From the NCBI GenBank assembly GCA_013416795.1, contig RQSC01000116.1, forward strand, positions 70,363 through 134,362: DNA of 64,000 bases, written 5' to 3'. This document shows positions 11,289-22,781 of the stretch, in pieces; position 1 is the stretch's first letter, and each line of letters starts with the position of its first letter. Position numbers and translations under genes: made by a program. Origin of the DNA: Prasinococcaceae sp. CCMP 1430. Its lineage: Eukaryota > Plantae > Prasinodermophyta. The notes under the pieces were generated by a model. The model was not told the DNA's origin. It ran no database searches and saw only the letters and a program-made list of their open reading frames with translations.

Positions 11289-11774
11289 CACGCGCCCGCC
11301 GCGCCCGTGCCGCCCGGCTCGCGCGGCAGCTCGCCCTCCCCGCCCTTCCAACTCGCCCGGAGCAAGGAGGGGGTGACGGACTTGGCTGGGAGCACGGCGG
11401 AGGGCGAGCGGCAGCGCCCGCCCGCCCGCCACGCGCAGCGCGTGTGGCGCAGCCTGCCAGCAGGAAATGGCCTGGAAAATTGCCTCTGTACCACCAAAGA
11501 GGACGATGCGCACGCTTTTTGATGGAGACCTCAGACACACGCTTCTTCTTTGACCAGGGGAGCAGCGAAGCGAACGGGGCTGTGCGTCCGGCGCGAAAGG
11601 GCACGGCGCACGTGCGGCGCGCACACGCACACAGAGCGCGCGGGGCGGGGCAAGCGCGGGGCAGCAGGCGGCCACGGCCGACCCGCAGCACGCGCAACGC
11701 TCGTGCGAGGCCCCTTGTACTCTCCAGACGCGGCTCTGCACCGCGGAGTGGCCACAGGCGCGCGCGCACGCTCG

Positions 11775-11801
11775 CCCCCCCCCCCCCCCCCCCCCCCCCC
11801 C
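11775..11801. repeat. C27 homopolymer just upstream of the 11832 start codon
   Basis: Seen directly. Confidence 0.9.
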
Positions 11802-11831
11802 AACCCACCCACCCACCCCAGCGTGGCCTCG

Positions 11832-12926
11832 ATGGGCGATTACAAGGCCCAAGGGGCAACTGCCAATGCCAGTGCTGGCGGCGGTGGCACGGGCAGCGCG
11901 GCGCCCGGGAACGGCGGCTGCGCACTGCTGGGCAGCAGCGCGTGGCAAGGCAGCGACGAGTACCCTGCGGGCGCAGGTGCTGGCTGTGGGGGGCATTCCT
12001 CGCGACTAGCAGCCATTTTAGCATCGGTGCTCTCGCAGCACTCGCGTGGCCGCGTGTTGCACGCGGACGCCGAAGTGGGCATAGCCGCATGCGACGTGCA
12101 GGGCGTCCGTAGCGAGAAAGTCTATCCTGCGGTGCAACCCTCGCTGGCACCATGGTCGAGCTCCTGGAACATAGCCACGAGCGCCGTCCGAGCTGTGGCA
12201 CACGCTCTCCGGCCTGGTCTCGCTGCGTGGTCGCTGGAGGTGAAGAACCTGTACGAAGAGGATGACGCAGAGCGCGTGCTCGGCCTCCGTCCAGCCGACG
12301 AGGAGCTGCCTCCTCTTCCGCCGCTCGGGCGTCATCTCGTAGACATCTCACGGGGCATCGGGGAGGCGATCTGTCTTGACTTGGCGACGTTCTCAGTGCG
12401 TGGAACCTTTGAATGGCTCACGAAGAGCCTGCTGTCGCCGCAGCTGGCGTGGAAGATGACCAAGGACGTCTGCAAATCCGCAGCGCGAAAGGCAGCGCGC
12501 ACAGGTGGAGGGCAGCAGCTGCGCGTGGCGCTCGACATCTTGCCCACTGCCGCGCGCGCCCATGTCCTCGCAGTGGCAACGGAGCTCAGTGTGACGCAGT
12601 ATCAGCGATGCGTGATGGGGCTCGTGCTACTGCACTCACGCGGGTACCTGGCGCAAGGACGCGCCGGCCCGCATCTGCGAGTGTGCGCACGGGTCGCACT
12701 GCGCAACGTGTTGGTCGCCGCGGGCAGGCTGGTGGGCTTGACCATAGGCGCAGGCGCTGGCACGTACTTACAGGCGGGGCGCGGCACACTCGTCGGGCAG
12801 ACCCTCGGAGGGTACGTTTTCGCTAATCTCGTCGACATGTTGCTCACTCTCCGTGGGCTACCAAGTTCTGTGCTGCCACCGCCGCCGGGCCCATCGCCTA
12901 AACGCCGCACCAAATCCCGCAGATGA
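11832..12926 (+). CDS. Uncharacterised protein with C-terminal Gly-rich hydrophobic helices
   Basis: Open frame with coding bias; LAWKMTKDVCKSAARK resembles an uncharacterised green-plant family (from memory, unverified). Confidence 0.6.
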   Translation: MGDYKAQGATANASAGGGGTGSAAPGNGGCALLGSSAWQGSDEYPAGAGAGCGGHSSRLAAILASVLSQHSRGRVLHADAEVGIAACDVQGVRSEKVYPAVQPSLAPWSSSWNIATSAVRAVAHALRPGLAAWSLEVKNLYEEDDAERVLGLRPADEELPPLPPLGRHLVDISRGIGEAICLDLATFSVRGTFEWLTKSLLSPQLAWKMTKDVCKSAARKAARTGGGQQLRVALDILPTAARAHVLAVATELSVTQYQRCVMGLVLLHSRGYLAQGRAGPHLRVCARVALRNVLVAAGRLVGLTIGAGAGTYLQAGRGTLVGQTLGGYVFANLVDMLLTLRGLPSSVLPPPPGPSPKRRTKSRR

Positions 12927-13243
12927 TTGCGCAGCTTGCGTCACGCTCACTACTCTGCTCTCTCGCTAGATAAGGCCGGAGCGACATCCCCTCCATCTTG
13001 ACGACGGCTGCTCGCGCGTCAGCAGTCAGGCCGAGCGTGCCAGGCCGCAGCGCGAGCAAGCGGCGCCGCACGTGGTGGCTGCTCATCATGCTCTCCCCCC
13101 AAGAGGTATTTTAGCGGTGAACAAGCTGCTCCTAGCTGCGCGACAGCGCAGGGCATCGCACGTCCCAGCAAGGGTTGCCGTAGCTTGCGCCCCTGGTCAT
13201 CGCCGCGCGAGCGCTGGAACGCCGTGGCGGGCAGCTGCACTCC

Positions 13244-14530
13244 TCACTTGCTCGTGACCTTCGCCTGCGTCCCCGTCATGAAGGGCGTGAGCTCCTCACC
13301 GCCTCGCGGATCCGCCTCGAGAGTGAACGGGTCGATGCGTGGGTCGTGCTCCGTGGCGAGCGCCATGCCCGTGCAGAGGCAGCTGGGGCACATCACCTTG
13401 CCACTCGAGCCGCACTGGCTGCACCTACTCTTGACGCCGTTAGCGTCAACCGTGTAGCCCGTGCCGCCGCACGCGCCGCACGGCAGGTAGCCCGTGCCGC
13501 TGCAGTACACGCAGCGCTCCGACTTCACCTGGTCGACGTTGTATTTCTCGACCAGCAGAAGGGCGGACAGCACGCCCACGGCGCCGCCTGTAAAGCTCGC
13601 GACGATGGGGTCGACCTGGGCGAGCTGGGACGGAAGATGCAGCTGCTGGATCACCTCCTCGTATGATGTGCCACCGACACCGAGGTACACCTCCAGCGTC
13701 GGCGCGACGATGCCGCCGAAGAAGATGAGCGCGATAATGAGCGCACCGAAAATTTTGTAGTAGTCGTCGAGCTTGTCCGCCCCCGTGAGGTCTGGGAAGA
13801 GTGGGATGGCGGAGGCAAAGCTCAGCAGGTCGGACTCGTCGCTGCCGTTCTCCTGCGTCTGGCGGATTTTTTGCTGCACGCGGAGGCGGCGCACTGCGGG
13901 CGCACCAGCAGTCGCGCGAGTGGAGTTGCCGCAGCGGGCGGAACGCAGCAACAAAGCACCTGGGGTCAGCTGCCGCTGCTGCTGAGTCTGACGGCTCCGG
14001 TCGGGGGGGCGCGCCAAGGCCGGGCGCGGCGCATGCCCGCCGGCGCCCCCAGGGCGCTCGCGCGCCCCGGCAGCTACCGACGGGCGCAACGGCTTTTGCG
14101 CGGTCGCACGGGCGGGCGGCGAGGCGCCCGTACCTTCTTCCATGAGCCTGAAAATCTCATTGCGGCGAGACTCGATGTTCGTGTTGAGCTCGTCGCCGGA
14201 CAGCGAGTCGAAGTTGTTGATGATGGAGCCGTCCTCAATGATGCAGAACGGCGCCGCGCCCACGCCAGCGCCCGCCTGCTGGCCGCCGCTCCCGGCGCCG
14301 CTGGCGCCTACCCCCTCTTCGCTGCCGCTCTCGCTCTCACCGCCACCAACGGCACCGCTGCTGCTGCTGGCTGCACCCTTTCCCCCCTCGACGGCTGCCT
14401 CGGCGCCGCTCGCAGGCGTGCACCGCACCGTCACCGCCGCGCGCCGCCGCAGCACGCGGCAGGGTGCGGTGGCTGCTACCGGCGGCCTCGCTCTCTGGCA
14501 AAAGGCCGCGCTCGCTGCTGGTGTACTCAT
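13244..14530 (-). CDS. OR: ORANGE / DnaJ-type zinc-finger plastid chaperone, intron 14133-13894
   Basis: FCIIE..NIESRRNEIFRLMEE|VRRLRVQQ, LAQVDPIVASFTGGAVGV, CxxCxGxG repeats, TEHDPRIDPF; transit-peptide-like N-terminus. Confidence 0.93.
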   Translation of the reverse strand: MSTPAASAAFCQRARPPVAATAPCRVLRRRAAVTVRCTPASGAEAAVEGGKGAASSSSGAVGGGESESGSEEGVGASGAGSGGQQAGAGVGAAPFCIIEDGSIINNFDSLSGDELNTNIESRRNEIFRLMEEGTGASPPARATAQKPLRPSVAAGARERPGGAGGHAPRPALARPPDRSRQTQQQRQLTPGALLLRSARCGNSTRATAGAPAVRRLRVQQKIRQTQENGSDESDLLSFASAIPLFPDLTGADKLDDYYKIFGALIIALIFFGGIVAPTLEVYLGVGGTSYEEVIQQLHLPSQLAQVDPIVASFTGGAVGVLSALLLVEKYNVDQVKSERCVYCSGTGYLPCGACGGTGYTVDANGVKSRCSQCGSSGKVMCPSCLCTGMALATEHDPRIDPFTLEADPRGGEELTPFMTGTQAKVTSK

Positions 14531-14540
14531 CGCCATCAAC

Positions 14541-14735
14541 ATGGCCAAGACGCTCATCCTCGCCTCCCTTAACCTGGCCGTGTTCCTCGGGCTGGTGTAC
14601 CTTTTCTTCTTCGCAGACACCGAGGAGCTCGTACGCAGCGCGCGCGAGTCCACCGAGAGCGCCCTTGAAGACCCGATGGGCACAGCGCAGGCCATCTTTG
14701 ACAAGTATCGCATGCGTGAGGAGGAGGAGGAATGA
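14541..14735 (+). CDS. Small membrane protein (at least 64 aa; may start further upstream), antisense and overlapping to the OR 5' end
   Basis: Strong C/G-ending codon bias, hydrophobic helix LILASLNLAVFLGLVYLFFF, acidic tail; the frame is open back to 14142. Confidence 0.6.
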   Translation: MAKTLILASLNLAVFLGLVYLFFFADTEELVRSARESTESALEDPMGTAQAIFDKYRMREEEEE

Positions 14736-15009
14736 CGAGCGCGCGATGGCTGAGGGCGCTGGCGCTGGCCGCTAGGCGGACACGCGCAAGGTATTGTACA
14801 CTTTTGTCATATTAGCCCCGATCGCAAGTGTGGCCTTTCGGAGGGTGGCTGCCCGCACGTATGTGCTAGCAGCCGGGCGGCGCCGCCGTCTGCGCGGCGC
14901 CGAGCATCCTGTCCCGGACCGCCATGCGCGCTCGCAATCCTGCTCCTGGCAGGCCAAGCGATTCGACGTGTTCCATCGGCCAGGAGAGCGCGTCGGGGCA
15001 GGCCGCCCA

Positions 15010-16760
15010 CTACTTGGCAGCGCGGAGCTGAATTGCGAACTCCTTGTCCTCCGGGAGCTGGTACCGCTCGACAGTGCTAAGCAGCCACTCCTCCATCACG
15101 GCGATTGCGTCCTGAGACATCTTGGCTGGACGCGGCATATGCTTCATCATCGGACCACCGACGAGCACGTGCGCGCGCGCGACCGATGTGACAACTTCAC
15201 CGCCGACCATTCCCACGAGCTTGCTCAGCTGCGCCTTCGGCCGCTGCACATTCGCTGCGATGCACACCTTGAGCCCTTGCAGGGGATTCGGCTGACGATC
15301 CTTGTGAGGCGCGAGTCGCGCGGCGCGAGAGCGCGCAGCACCAGGGAAGCGGGCGTTCTCGTAGCACACCTGCGGGGGGTGGGCGCCGGGGGGGGAGGCA
15401 CGGGGCGGGTCAGCACTGCGTCTGGTGGCGCGCTGCTGGGGGCCGTGCGCGCACGCGCACGCACCGGATCCAGCCATTTTCCCGCTTTGACCGAGTCTAT
15501 CGCCCACTCTGGCGTCAGCAGGAACGCGCCACGTGCGATGCCCGCCAGCACTTTGAGCGTGCGCCTGCCCTCGGCGCCCACCACCACGTGCGTGGGCGCC
15601 AGAGAGGACGACGCGTCCTGGGCCAGGAAGGTCACGCGCGGTCGAAGCTCGCGTACCGCCGCCTCCACCGCCGCGAGCTCCTTGGAGGCGCATCCGGTCG
15701 TGCATACCACGATGTTTTTGGCGTTGTCCAACGGCATCGCCATCGGGCTCGCGAGGCGATATTGCGGCTTGGGAATGCCCGCGCCGCAGTCAGGAGGCGG
15801 CGTCTGCGCCTCGGCGTCCGAGTCAGCCACGACCGGTGGTGTGGACACCGACGCCATCGGGTTGGCGTTCTCTTCGGCGCTGGTATCGCGCTCCTTATCG
15901 ACTGACGAAGGCATCAGGGAGAGCGTTTGTGCGGCCTCCTGGCTGTTGCTCGGATCGGCCACACCTGGGAGCGAAGGCATGGGCGTGGCTGCGGCCCCGG
16001 CCGTCGCCCCCGCAGTCGCGGCCGAGCCCAGCACGCCCCTTGGCGTCGCCGCCGCCACCGAGCGTGGGGTCACCGAGGTGCCTCGCGCCTTCTTCGTTGT
16101 TGCGGGGGTGGTGTGAACCCCGACTCCCTCGACTAAGAAGCGCGCGCGCTTGCGCGAGGACTTGCTCGCAGTCGGCGGCAGGCGCTCGAGCGTTTCCAGC
16201 GCCGCGGCCGTCTCCTCCGTTTCCGTCATCGCCATACGCTGACTGCAAGAGTACAGCGGGTTATCCAGATCGAAGGTGACGACATTGTTCGGATCTGGTC
16301 GCATGCGATCGTGCAGGCGCTGCTTCTTCTTCGATGTCCCAGGTCCTGCGGACGCGGGCGTGCGCGCGAGCGCCGCCTGGGCGGGGAACGCCGAGAACAT
16401 CAGGCCGCTGGCACCCGCCCGGCTGGATGCGCCCGCTCCGGCTCCACCGGCGCCCGCGATGGCGTCGAGATCGACGGTGTAAATCTTCTCGAGAGCGCGA
16501 AAACCGAGCTTGGAGCTCTCCTCGACCCACCGCGCGTCGACCACCGCCACCCCCGCAGGCATCCCGCTCAGCCTTCCGCGCATGCGGCTCGCTTCGCTTG
16601 CCACCGTGCCGCCGAGGATCACGTGGCTGATCGAGGGCGTGAGCGTTCGCTGCACCTTCGCACCGAGAGCCGCTGCGCGTGACGCCACTGCCCGCGACGC
16701 ATCGCCTCCCGACCCCGACACCGACACGAACACCGTCGTGCCGGCGAGCGGCTGCGCCAT
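15010..16760 (-). CDS. BRCT-repeat protein, microcephalin (MCPH1)-like layout, intron 15464-15370
   Basis: N-terminal BRCT (LGAKVQRTLTPSISHVI..VDARWVEES) and tandem C-terminal BRCTs (PTHVV..RTLKVLAGIARG..PEW; EEWLLSTV). Confidence 0.75.
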
Positions 16761-17372
16761 CGTCCACGCGTCTCCTCTCTCTCTGTCTGTCGCCTGCGCA
16801 CGCGCCTCGCGCCGCGCTCGCGGAGGGACAGCGAGGCAGTGATGTGCGGTCAACCCCCGCGCCCTGCTCACGCGCGATGGCTCGCGAGATGGGACGGGGG
16901 ATGTCCCCGCCAAGCTCCGCCCCGCCCCGCCCCGCCGCCGCGCTGTGGCGCGCGGGCGCGCGCGGCCGCGAGCAGAGGCGCGCTCGAACGCGCCGCCTCC
17001 GCCGCGTTCGCGCGCGCGCGGCGCGTCGACGTTCACCTGGATCGCCGCCTGGGCGAACGCGTGCGCTGCCCTGCCCCTGAAGGGAGCGCGCCCCTGCTCG
17101 AAGCCCGCCCCAGATCCAAATCTCGTGCGCGCGGTTTTGACCTTTGTTACGCGAGGGCAAACAACGGCAGCAGCGGTTTCAACGGGTCGATCGTGTGCAC
17201 GCGTGCGATGTGATGTACCCCGCGGATTCTTCGACGTTCGAAGGTGTTTTGACGTATGATGGAAAACCTTCAAATAATACCTAACTCGCAACGACCGCGA
17301 ATGTGATTACAAAACCGGAACGCTACGTGCGTACGGGCTGTCCCTTCGCCGCGCCCGCTCGAGGCCGGACGT

Positions 17373-18924
17373 CTACTCGATGTCTGCGAAGAAGCTCTTG
17401 ACGGCCCGCTGCTTGCTGTTGGCTTTGCCCTTGGACGCGCGCAGTGACGCGGCCCCGCCTTTTCGCCGCTTGCCCTTCTTCTTACGGCCGGGTGGCTCGT
17501 CGCTGTCGCTGTCGCTGTCGCTGTCGTCGCCACCGGCTGCATCGTGGCCGGCGTCATCATCGTCCTCGCCCTCCTGTCCCTCGTACAGGTAGCCCACATC
17601 CCAGATCTACGCGCGGCGCGCGCGAAAATTCGCATTGCGTGCGACGCGTCAGTGGGGCTGCTGCACAGCTCTGTCTAGACCCGCACTCGCCCATCCGCGC
17701 CAAAGCACGCGCGCGGACCGCGCGGACGCTGGCCTCAGCGAGCGCTCACACGAGCGTGCTGACCGTTTCCTCGCGCACCTTGATGACCGAATCGTGGCAC
17801 GCGCTAGCCAGCAGCCTCTTTCCCGGGTGCAGGTCAATGCGCTCGGTTGAGAATTTTGAGTGCTCGCCTATGACGCCGAGCAGTTTGTTGGGTTGCACGC
17901 TCACCACGCGCAGGACGCCGTCGCCACTGGCGGTGATCAGAGTGTCCTCGTCGAGAGCGCGCAGCGCCGCGACGCTCTCCGGATGCCCCGGGAAGCGGTC
18001 GGTGCTGTCCTCGAGATGGCCCCAGCTGTAGATGCTCAACACACCCTCCGTCGAGCCAGTCACCACCTTCTTCCCCTGCTTGAGCACGCACACTGACAGC
18101 AGCTCATCTTCCTGGTTGTCGCTGCGGTGCTCGAGCTTGCCGCGGCGAAGGTCGTAGCCCGACAGCGTTCCGTCGCCGCTGGTCGCCAGCAGCATCTGCT
18201 TGTCTGCCACGTACGTGAGGTCTGAGATGAAGTCTTCGTGAGCATCGAAAGAGTGTACGGGTTTCGATGACGAGCCTGAGGATGCGCACACGCGAGAATC
18301 CCACACTTTGATTTCGCCCTCGTCGTCGCCTGACGCGAAGGTGCCGCCGCCGTCAACACTGAGCTCGAGCGCAGCGAGCGCCGAAATTGGAGCGTCATGC
18401 GCGCCGCCAATCCTCCACAGCGGCACTGGACGCTTCTTCTTCACGTCCTGCCCCTGATGCCGCACGCTCCCCGCCGCACCCACGCCCTTGGCCCGCTTGG
18501 GTGCACGCTCTGCCTCCTCTTCATCGCTCTCGTCCTGGTCGCTCTCCTCGCCGTCGTCCTCGCTGCCGTCGTCCTCGCTGCCATCGTCCTCGCTGTCGTC
18601 CTGTGAGCTCTCGTCCCCCAATCCAGCCGCATCGCCCATCCCCGCGGCGCGTTCGACGTCCCAGCACGCAAGCGAGCAGTCGCCTGAGCCCGTGAGCAGC
18701 TGCCTGCACCGCCCACTGCCGCCGCGCCGCCCGAGCCACAGCACGTTGCGCACGCTCTCGCCGTGCGCTGCGAACGAGCCCACGCGGCCGCCCGTGTACG
18801 GGTCGAGCAGAGCCACGCGGCCGCTAACGAGGCCTGCGGCGAGGATCTCGCCGTCGGGGCTGAACGCAATGTCGAACGGCGCCGAGCGCGTCCGGGCACA
18901 TGCGAGTGCGTCGCCGTCCGCCAT
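17373..18924 (-). CDS. WDR55: WD40 protein WDR55/JIP5-like, one intron near 17770-17605
   Basis: FDIAFSP, ASGDDEGEIKVWD, ATSGDGTL, DRFPGHPESV, acidic/basic tail ending SFFADIE; TGTAA on the minus strand at 17307-17311. Confidence 0.85.
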
Positions 18925-19556
18925 GAGGAGGCTGTGGCGTGTGCGCCCTCCCTCCCTGCCGCGTTGGCTGCCGGGAAGGGGGGGGGGAGTGGTAGCAGAG
19001 CGCCTGCGCCTTCAACCCCCCCCCTTCCCTCTCGCCCTGCTTCTCTTCACCTGCCCTCGGCCCCGCTCGCCAACCTCCCTCGCGCGCCATGCGCGCGCTA
19101 TGACCGCCCGGACCCCACGTCTCAGTGGCAGGCGCACGGCGCCGTCGCCAGCGCTGTGGGCAACCACACAGCCGCCACGCCAGCTTTTTCCCCCCGGACA
19201 ATCTTTTTCCTTTTGAGGAAAAAAGTTGCAAAATCGCAAAAAAAAACGATAGCAGATGCAATAATAAGCACAAAGAAGACCCATTTAGCCACGGGAGAGT
19301 TTCTTTTGCGTCAGGCGCTGAGCTGAACTCGCGCCACGCGGGCGCCCCCGCGCACTGCGCGGCCACGCGGGCGGACGCGGCGATGGCATGGCGCCTGTGC
19401 CACACTTCCCTCCCTGCCTCCCACCCTCTTCCACCTTTTACACTCCCCCTGTGGCGTAGAGTGGCGTGGGGCGGTTTGGGTGAGGTCGGGGTGGGGTAGG
19501 GGGTCGGAGAGTCGCTGTGCTGTTGCGGCCCGGCTGGTGCGCGGACACGAGGTGCG

Positions 19557-20276
19557 ATGGTGCAGCAGCAGGGGGGCGGAGAACTGGCGCTGCTGGCGCT
19601 GCCGGCGGACGCGCTGGCGCACGTCGCGTTGATGCTGGACACTCGGTCAGCGCTGGCGCTGGCGCGTGCCTGCCGCACGGGGAGGGCGCTGCTGCCGCGG
19701 CCGGCGTCCACGCCGTGGTGCTGCGGAGCGTGTAGCGCGGCGCGCACAGCGGCAAACGCGGACGCTCCGCGCCAAGGTCAAGGGGACGCCTGGTGCCTGC
19801 TGTATCCCGCGAAACGCGAGGCGACTGCTCTCAGCATTGCCGACGCGCTCGCAGCGCGCGGCGCAGCGCTGCGGCCGGCGGCCTTTGCGAGGGTTTGCGC
19901 GGACGCCGAGCACGAGGACCTCGCCTGCGCCGTCGCGAGCTCCTCGCTCGTCATCTCCATCGACCGAGGGCGGGCCAGCCTGCGATCGGTGTGCCGCGGC
20001 CTGGGCATCCACACACCCATCGTTGGCCTCATTTCAGACAAGCTGCAGCATTTGGAGAGCGCCGATGCGTTAGTGGACCGCGTGCTCTTGCCCACGCTGT
20101 CGACGATGGGCGCATTGCCACTAATGTACGAGTCGCCACCGAAGGGCTACGAGTGGTGCTTCCAGAGCGAGAGCGGCAGGACGGCGGCTGGCCACCGCGG
20201 AGGCAGGGGCGGGGTCCTCTTCAGTGGGGAGTGCGATCGCGCCCGCTATGGCTCCGAGCTACACTCGTACAGATAG
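19557..20276 (+). CDS. Putative F-box-like protein
   Basis: N-terminal LLALPADALAHVALML..ALARACR resembles an F-box; the rest is unrecognised. Confidence 0.5.
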   Translation: MVQQQGGGELALLALPADALAHVALMLDTRSALALARACRTGRALLPRPASTPWCCGACSAARTAANADAPRQGQGDAWCLLYPAKREATALSIADALAARGAALRPAAFARVCADAEHEDLACAVASSSLVISIDRGRASLRSVCRGLGIHTPIVGLISDKLQHLESADALVDRVLLPTLSTMGALPLMYESPPKGYEWCFQSESGRTAAGHRGGRGGVLFSGECDRARYGSELHSYR

Positions 20277-20648
20277 CTGCGCGGCTGTGCGGCTCGGCCA
20301 GAACGAGCGGTGTCACAAAATAAAGCTCGGCGAATTATGTGGATGGCGGGTGTTTCATGTGCACCGCGCCTCGCTTCGCCTCGCCTCGCCTTACATCGCC
20401 TTTCCTGGTTTCGGCGGCGCGTTGCCTCGCTCTTGGTCGATATAGGCACCACGTCGACGGGCGGGAAGGGGCGGGCGCGCACAGACGGTCACGTCCATGC
20501 CCCGCCGCCTCCCACACTCCTAGCCCCCCGCTGCACGCGCGCGCGCGCGCGCGCGCGCTGCTGCTTACTGCTGCTGCTGCTGCCGCTCGCCTCGGCCGCC
20601 AATGCGCTCGCCTCCTGCGAACTGCCTGGCGCGTCCTCGGCCGAGCTC

Positions 20649-21749
20649 TCACTGCTTCATGGCGACGCTCGACGCGTCGCTGACGCCGTTAGACTCCACC
20701 TCCACCTCCACGGAGGCGCCAACGCTCATGCCAGCGACGGCGGCGGCGTGCGACTCGGGCGTGGCGGTGTGCGGGTCTTCCGGCAGCGGCAGCGGCGTGC
20801 CGTCCGCGGTCTCGGTGTTGAACATGCCCAGGGCGCGGAACTTGTTGTAGCGGTGTTCGAGCAGCTCCTCGGTGGACAGGCCCGAGAACTCATCGATCGC
20901 CTTGAGGAGCTCCTCCTTCACCGCGCCGAACGCCTCGATGGGGTCGGCGTGCGCGCCGCCCTCGGGCTCGGGCACGACGCCATCGCACACGCCGATGTTC
21001 GTCAGCTCCGTGCTGGTGATCTTGAGCGCCTCGGTGGCCTTGGGCGTGGCCTCCGGGGTCTTCCACAGGATGGCCGCGCACGCCTCCGGCGACGCCACGT
21101 AGTACACCGAGTGCTCCATCATGAGCATCTTGTCGCAGATGCCGATGGCGAGCGCGCCGCCCGACCCGCCCTCGCCGATCACCAGCGAGATGATGGGCAC
21201 CTTGAGGCCGAAGGACTCGCGCAGGTTGTACGCGATGGCCTCGCCCTGGCCCATCTCCTCGGCCTTGACGCCCGCGTAGGCGCCGGGCGTGTCCACGAAA
21301 GTGAGGATGGGGAAGCCGAAGCGCTCCGCGTGCCGCATGAGGCGCAGCGCCTTGCGGTAGCCCGCGGGCGTGGGCATGCCAAAGTTGCGCTCGATGTTCT
21401 CCTTGGTGTTCCTCCCCTTCTGGTGCCCGATGAACATGAACGTGCGCCCCTCCATGGTGCCCACGCCGCACACCAGCGCGGGGTCGTCGTACCCGCCGCG
21501 GTCGCCGTGCAGCTCGACCCACTTGTCGGTGATGTTGAGCGCGATGTCCAGGAAGGTCGGGCGGTTCGGGTGGCGCGCGACCTGCAGCTGCTGCACGGGC
21601 GTGAGGCGCGAGTACGTCTCGCGGCGCAGCTCGGACGCGCGCGCCTCGAGCTCGCCAATCTGTTCGCGCACGTCCACTCCGTTCTCCTCGGCCACGCGGC
21701 GCACCTCCTCGATGCGGTTGTCGAGCTCCACGAGGGGTTTCTCGAACTC
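20649..21749 (-). CDS. accA: Plastid heteromeric acetyl-CoA carboxylase, carboxyltransferase alpha subunit (main exon; first exon unresolved at N 21817)
   Basis: EFEKPL, ARHPNRPT, ELHGDR, GHQKGR, FVDTPGAY, IGEGGSGGALAI, YYVASPEACAAILWK; CTGAC branch and CAG acceptor at 21750-21752. Confidence 0.95.
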   Translation of the reverse strand, partial: EFEKPLVELDNRIEEVRRVAEENGVDVREQIGELEARASELRRETYSRLTPVQQLQVARHPNRPTFLDIALNITDKWVELHGDRGGYDDPALVCGVGTMEGRTFMFIGHQKGRNTKENIERNFGMPTPAGYRKALRLMRHAERFGFPILTFVDTPGAYAGVKAEEMGQGEAIAYNLRESFGLKVPIISLVIGEGGSGGALAIGICDKMLMMEHSVYYVASPEACAAILWKTPEATPKATEALKITSTELTNIGVCDGVVPEPEGGAHADPIEAFGAVKEELLKAIDEFSGLSTEELLEHRYNKFRALGMFNTETADGTPLPLPEDPHTATPESHAAAVAGMSVGASVEVEVESNGVSDASSVAMKQ

Positions 21750-21817
21750 CTGCGTGTCGCGCCGGCGCGCGTCAGAGGCGGCAGGCGAGCGGCGGCGGCG
21801 CGCGGCGCGCGCCGGGN

Positions 21818-22226
21818 GCGCCGACGAAGCCTGGCCGCCGGCACCGGCGTCACCGGTGACGTGGCCGTGCACGCCGGGCAGCACCGCGAAGGATTCGCCC
21901 GCCACGCCGGTGCTCGCGACCACCGCCCCGGGCGGCGCGCCGCCCAGCGCCAGCAGGGCCGCCTGAAGGGCGACGCTCGCGGCACCGGCGCCGGCGTCGT
22001 CCTCGCCGCCGGCCCCCGCGGCGACCAGCCCGTCAAGCCTGGCCATGTCCACCACGCGCCCGTCGGGGAGCCGCGCGAGCGCGTGCCGCCCGCCGCCTGC
22101 GGCGAGGCCGCCGCCCCGGTCGCCGCGCGGGAGCGCCGACCAGCGCGCGAGCCCCTCGTCGCCCGCCCCGACCATTCCAGCGCCGCGCCGCGCCGCGCGC
22201 TGCGCAGCATCCGTCCGCTCAACCAT
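21818..22226 (-). CDS. Unassigned coding segment upstream of accA, in the same frame, ending at an N
   Basis: Very high GC3 in this frame; the complementary frame has a stop at 21964; acidic content is unlike a transit peptide. Confidence 0.4.
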
Positions 22227-22781
22227 CACGATATTTAGCATCTTTTTTACTCCAATGGATTCGCTCCATCGCACATTACGCGTGGATTCCGCGGAATCCC
22301 CGCCGTCAGGTTTCGCGGAGATGATCCCGAAATACCATCACGACGAGAATTCGCGTCTTGGAGATGCACCGTAGCACATCAAAAGACGGAGTTGAAATGC
22401 GCACGTGTGTGGCGCGGCGCGGCCCCCCTCCCCCCTCTTCCCCGCCAGCGAGATCTCCTCTGGCGCTCGCGGCGGCCGCCGTGCGGGCGCGCGCGGCCCG
22501 CGCGCACGTTCTTCCGGGGCGCCAATTCCGCCTTGGAACCGCCGCGTCGCGCCACCGGAACGCACGCGCGCCCGCCCGGCGAAACCGCAACGAAACCGCC
22601 CCGAAATCCGAACCGGAAACGCGGGCGCTTTTCGGCCGCGCGGCGGCCCCGCGCGCGATTTCGCGCCTGGCGCGGAAAGGCCGATCCGGCAAGGCGACTC
22701 ACCATCATCGAGTGAACAGTATGTACGGTAATGTAGTCGCGACGCTGTGTGCCAGGTGTGCCATGCCGGTGCGGCTCTCTG

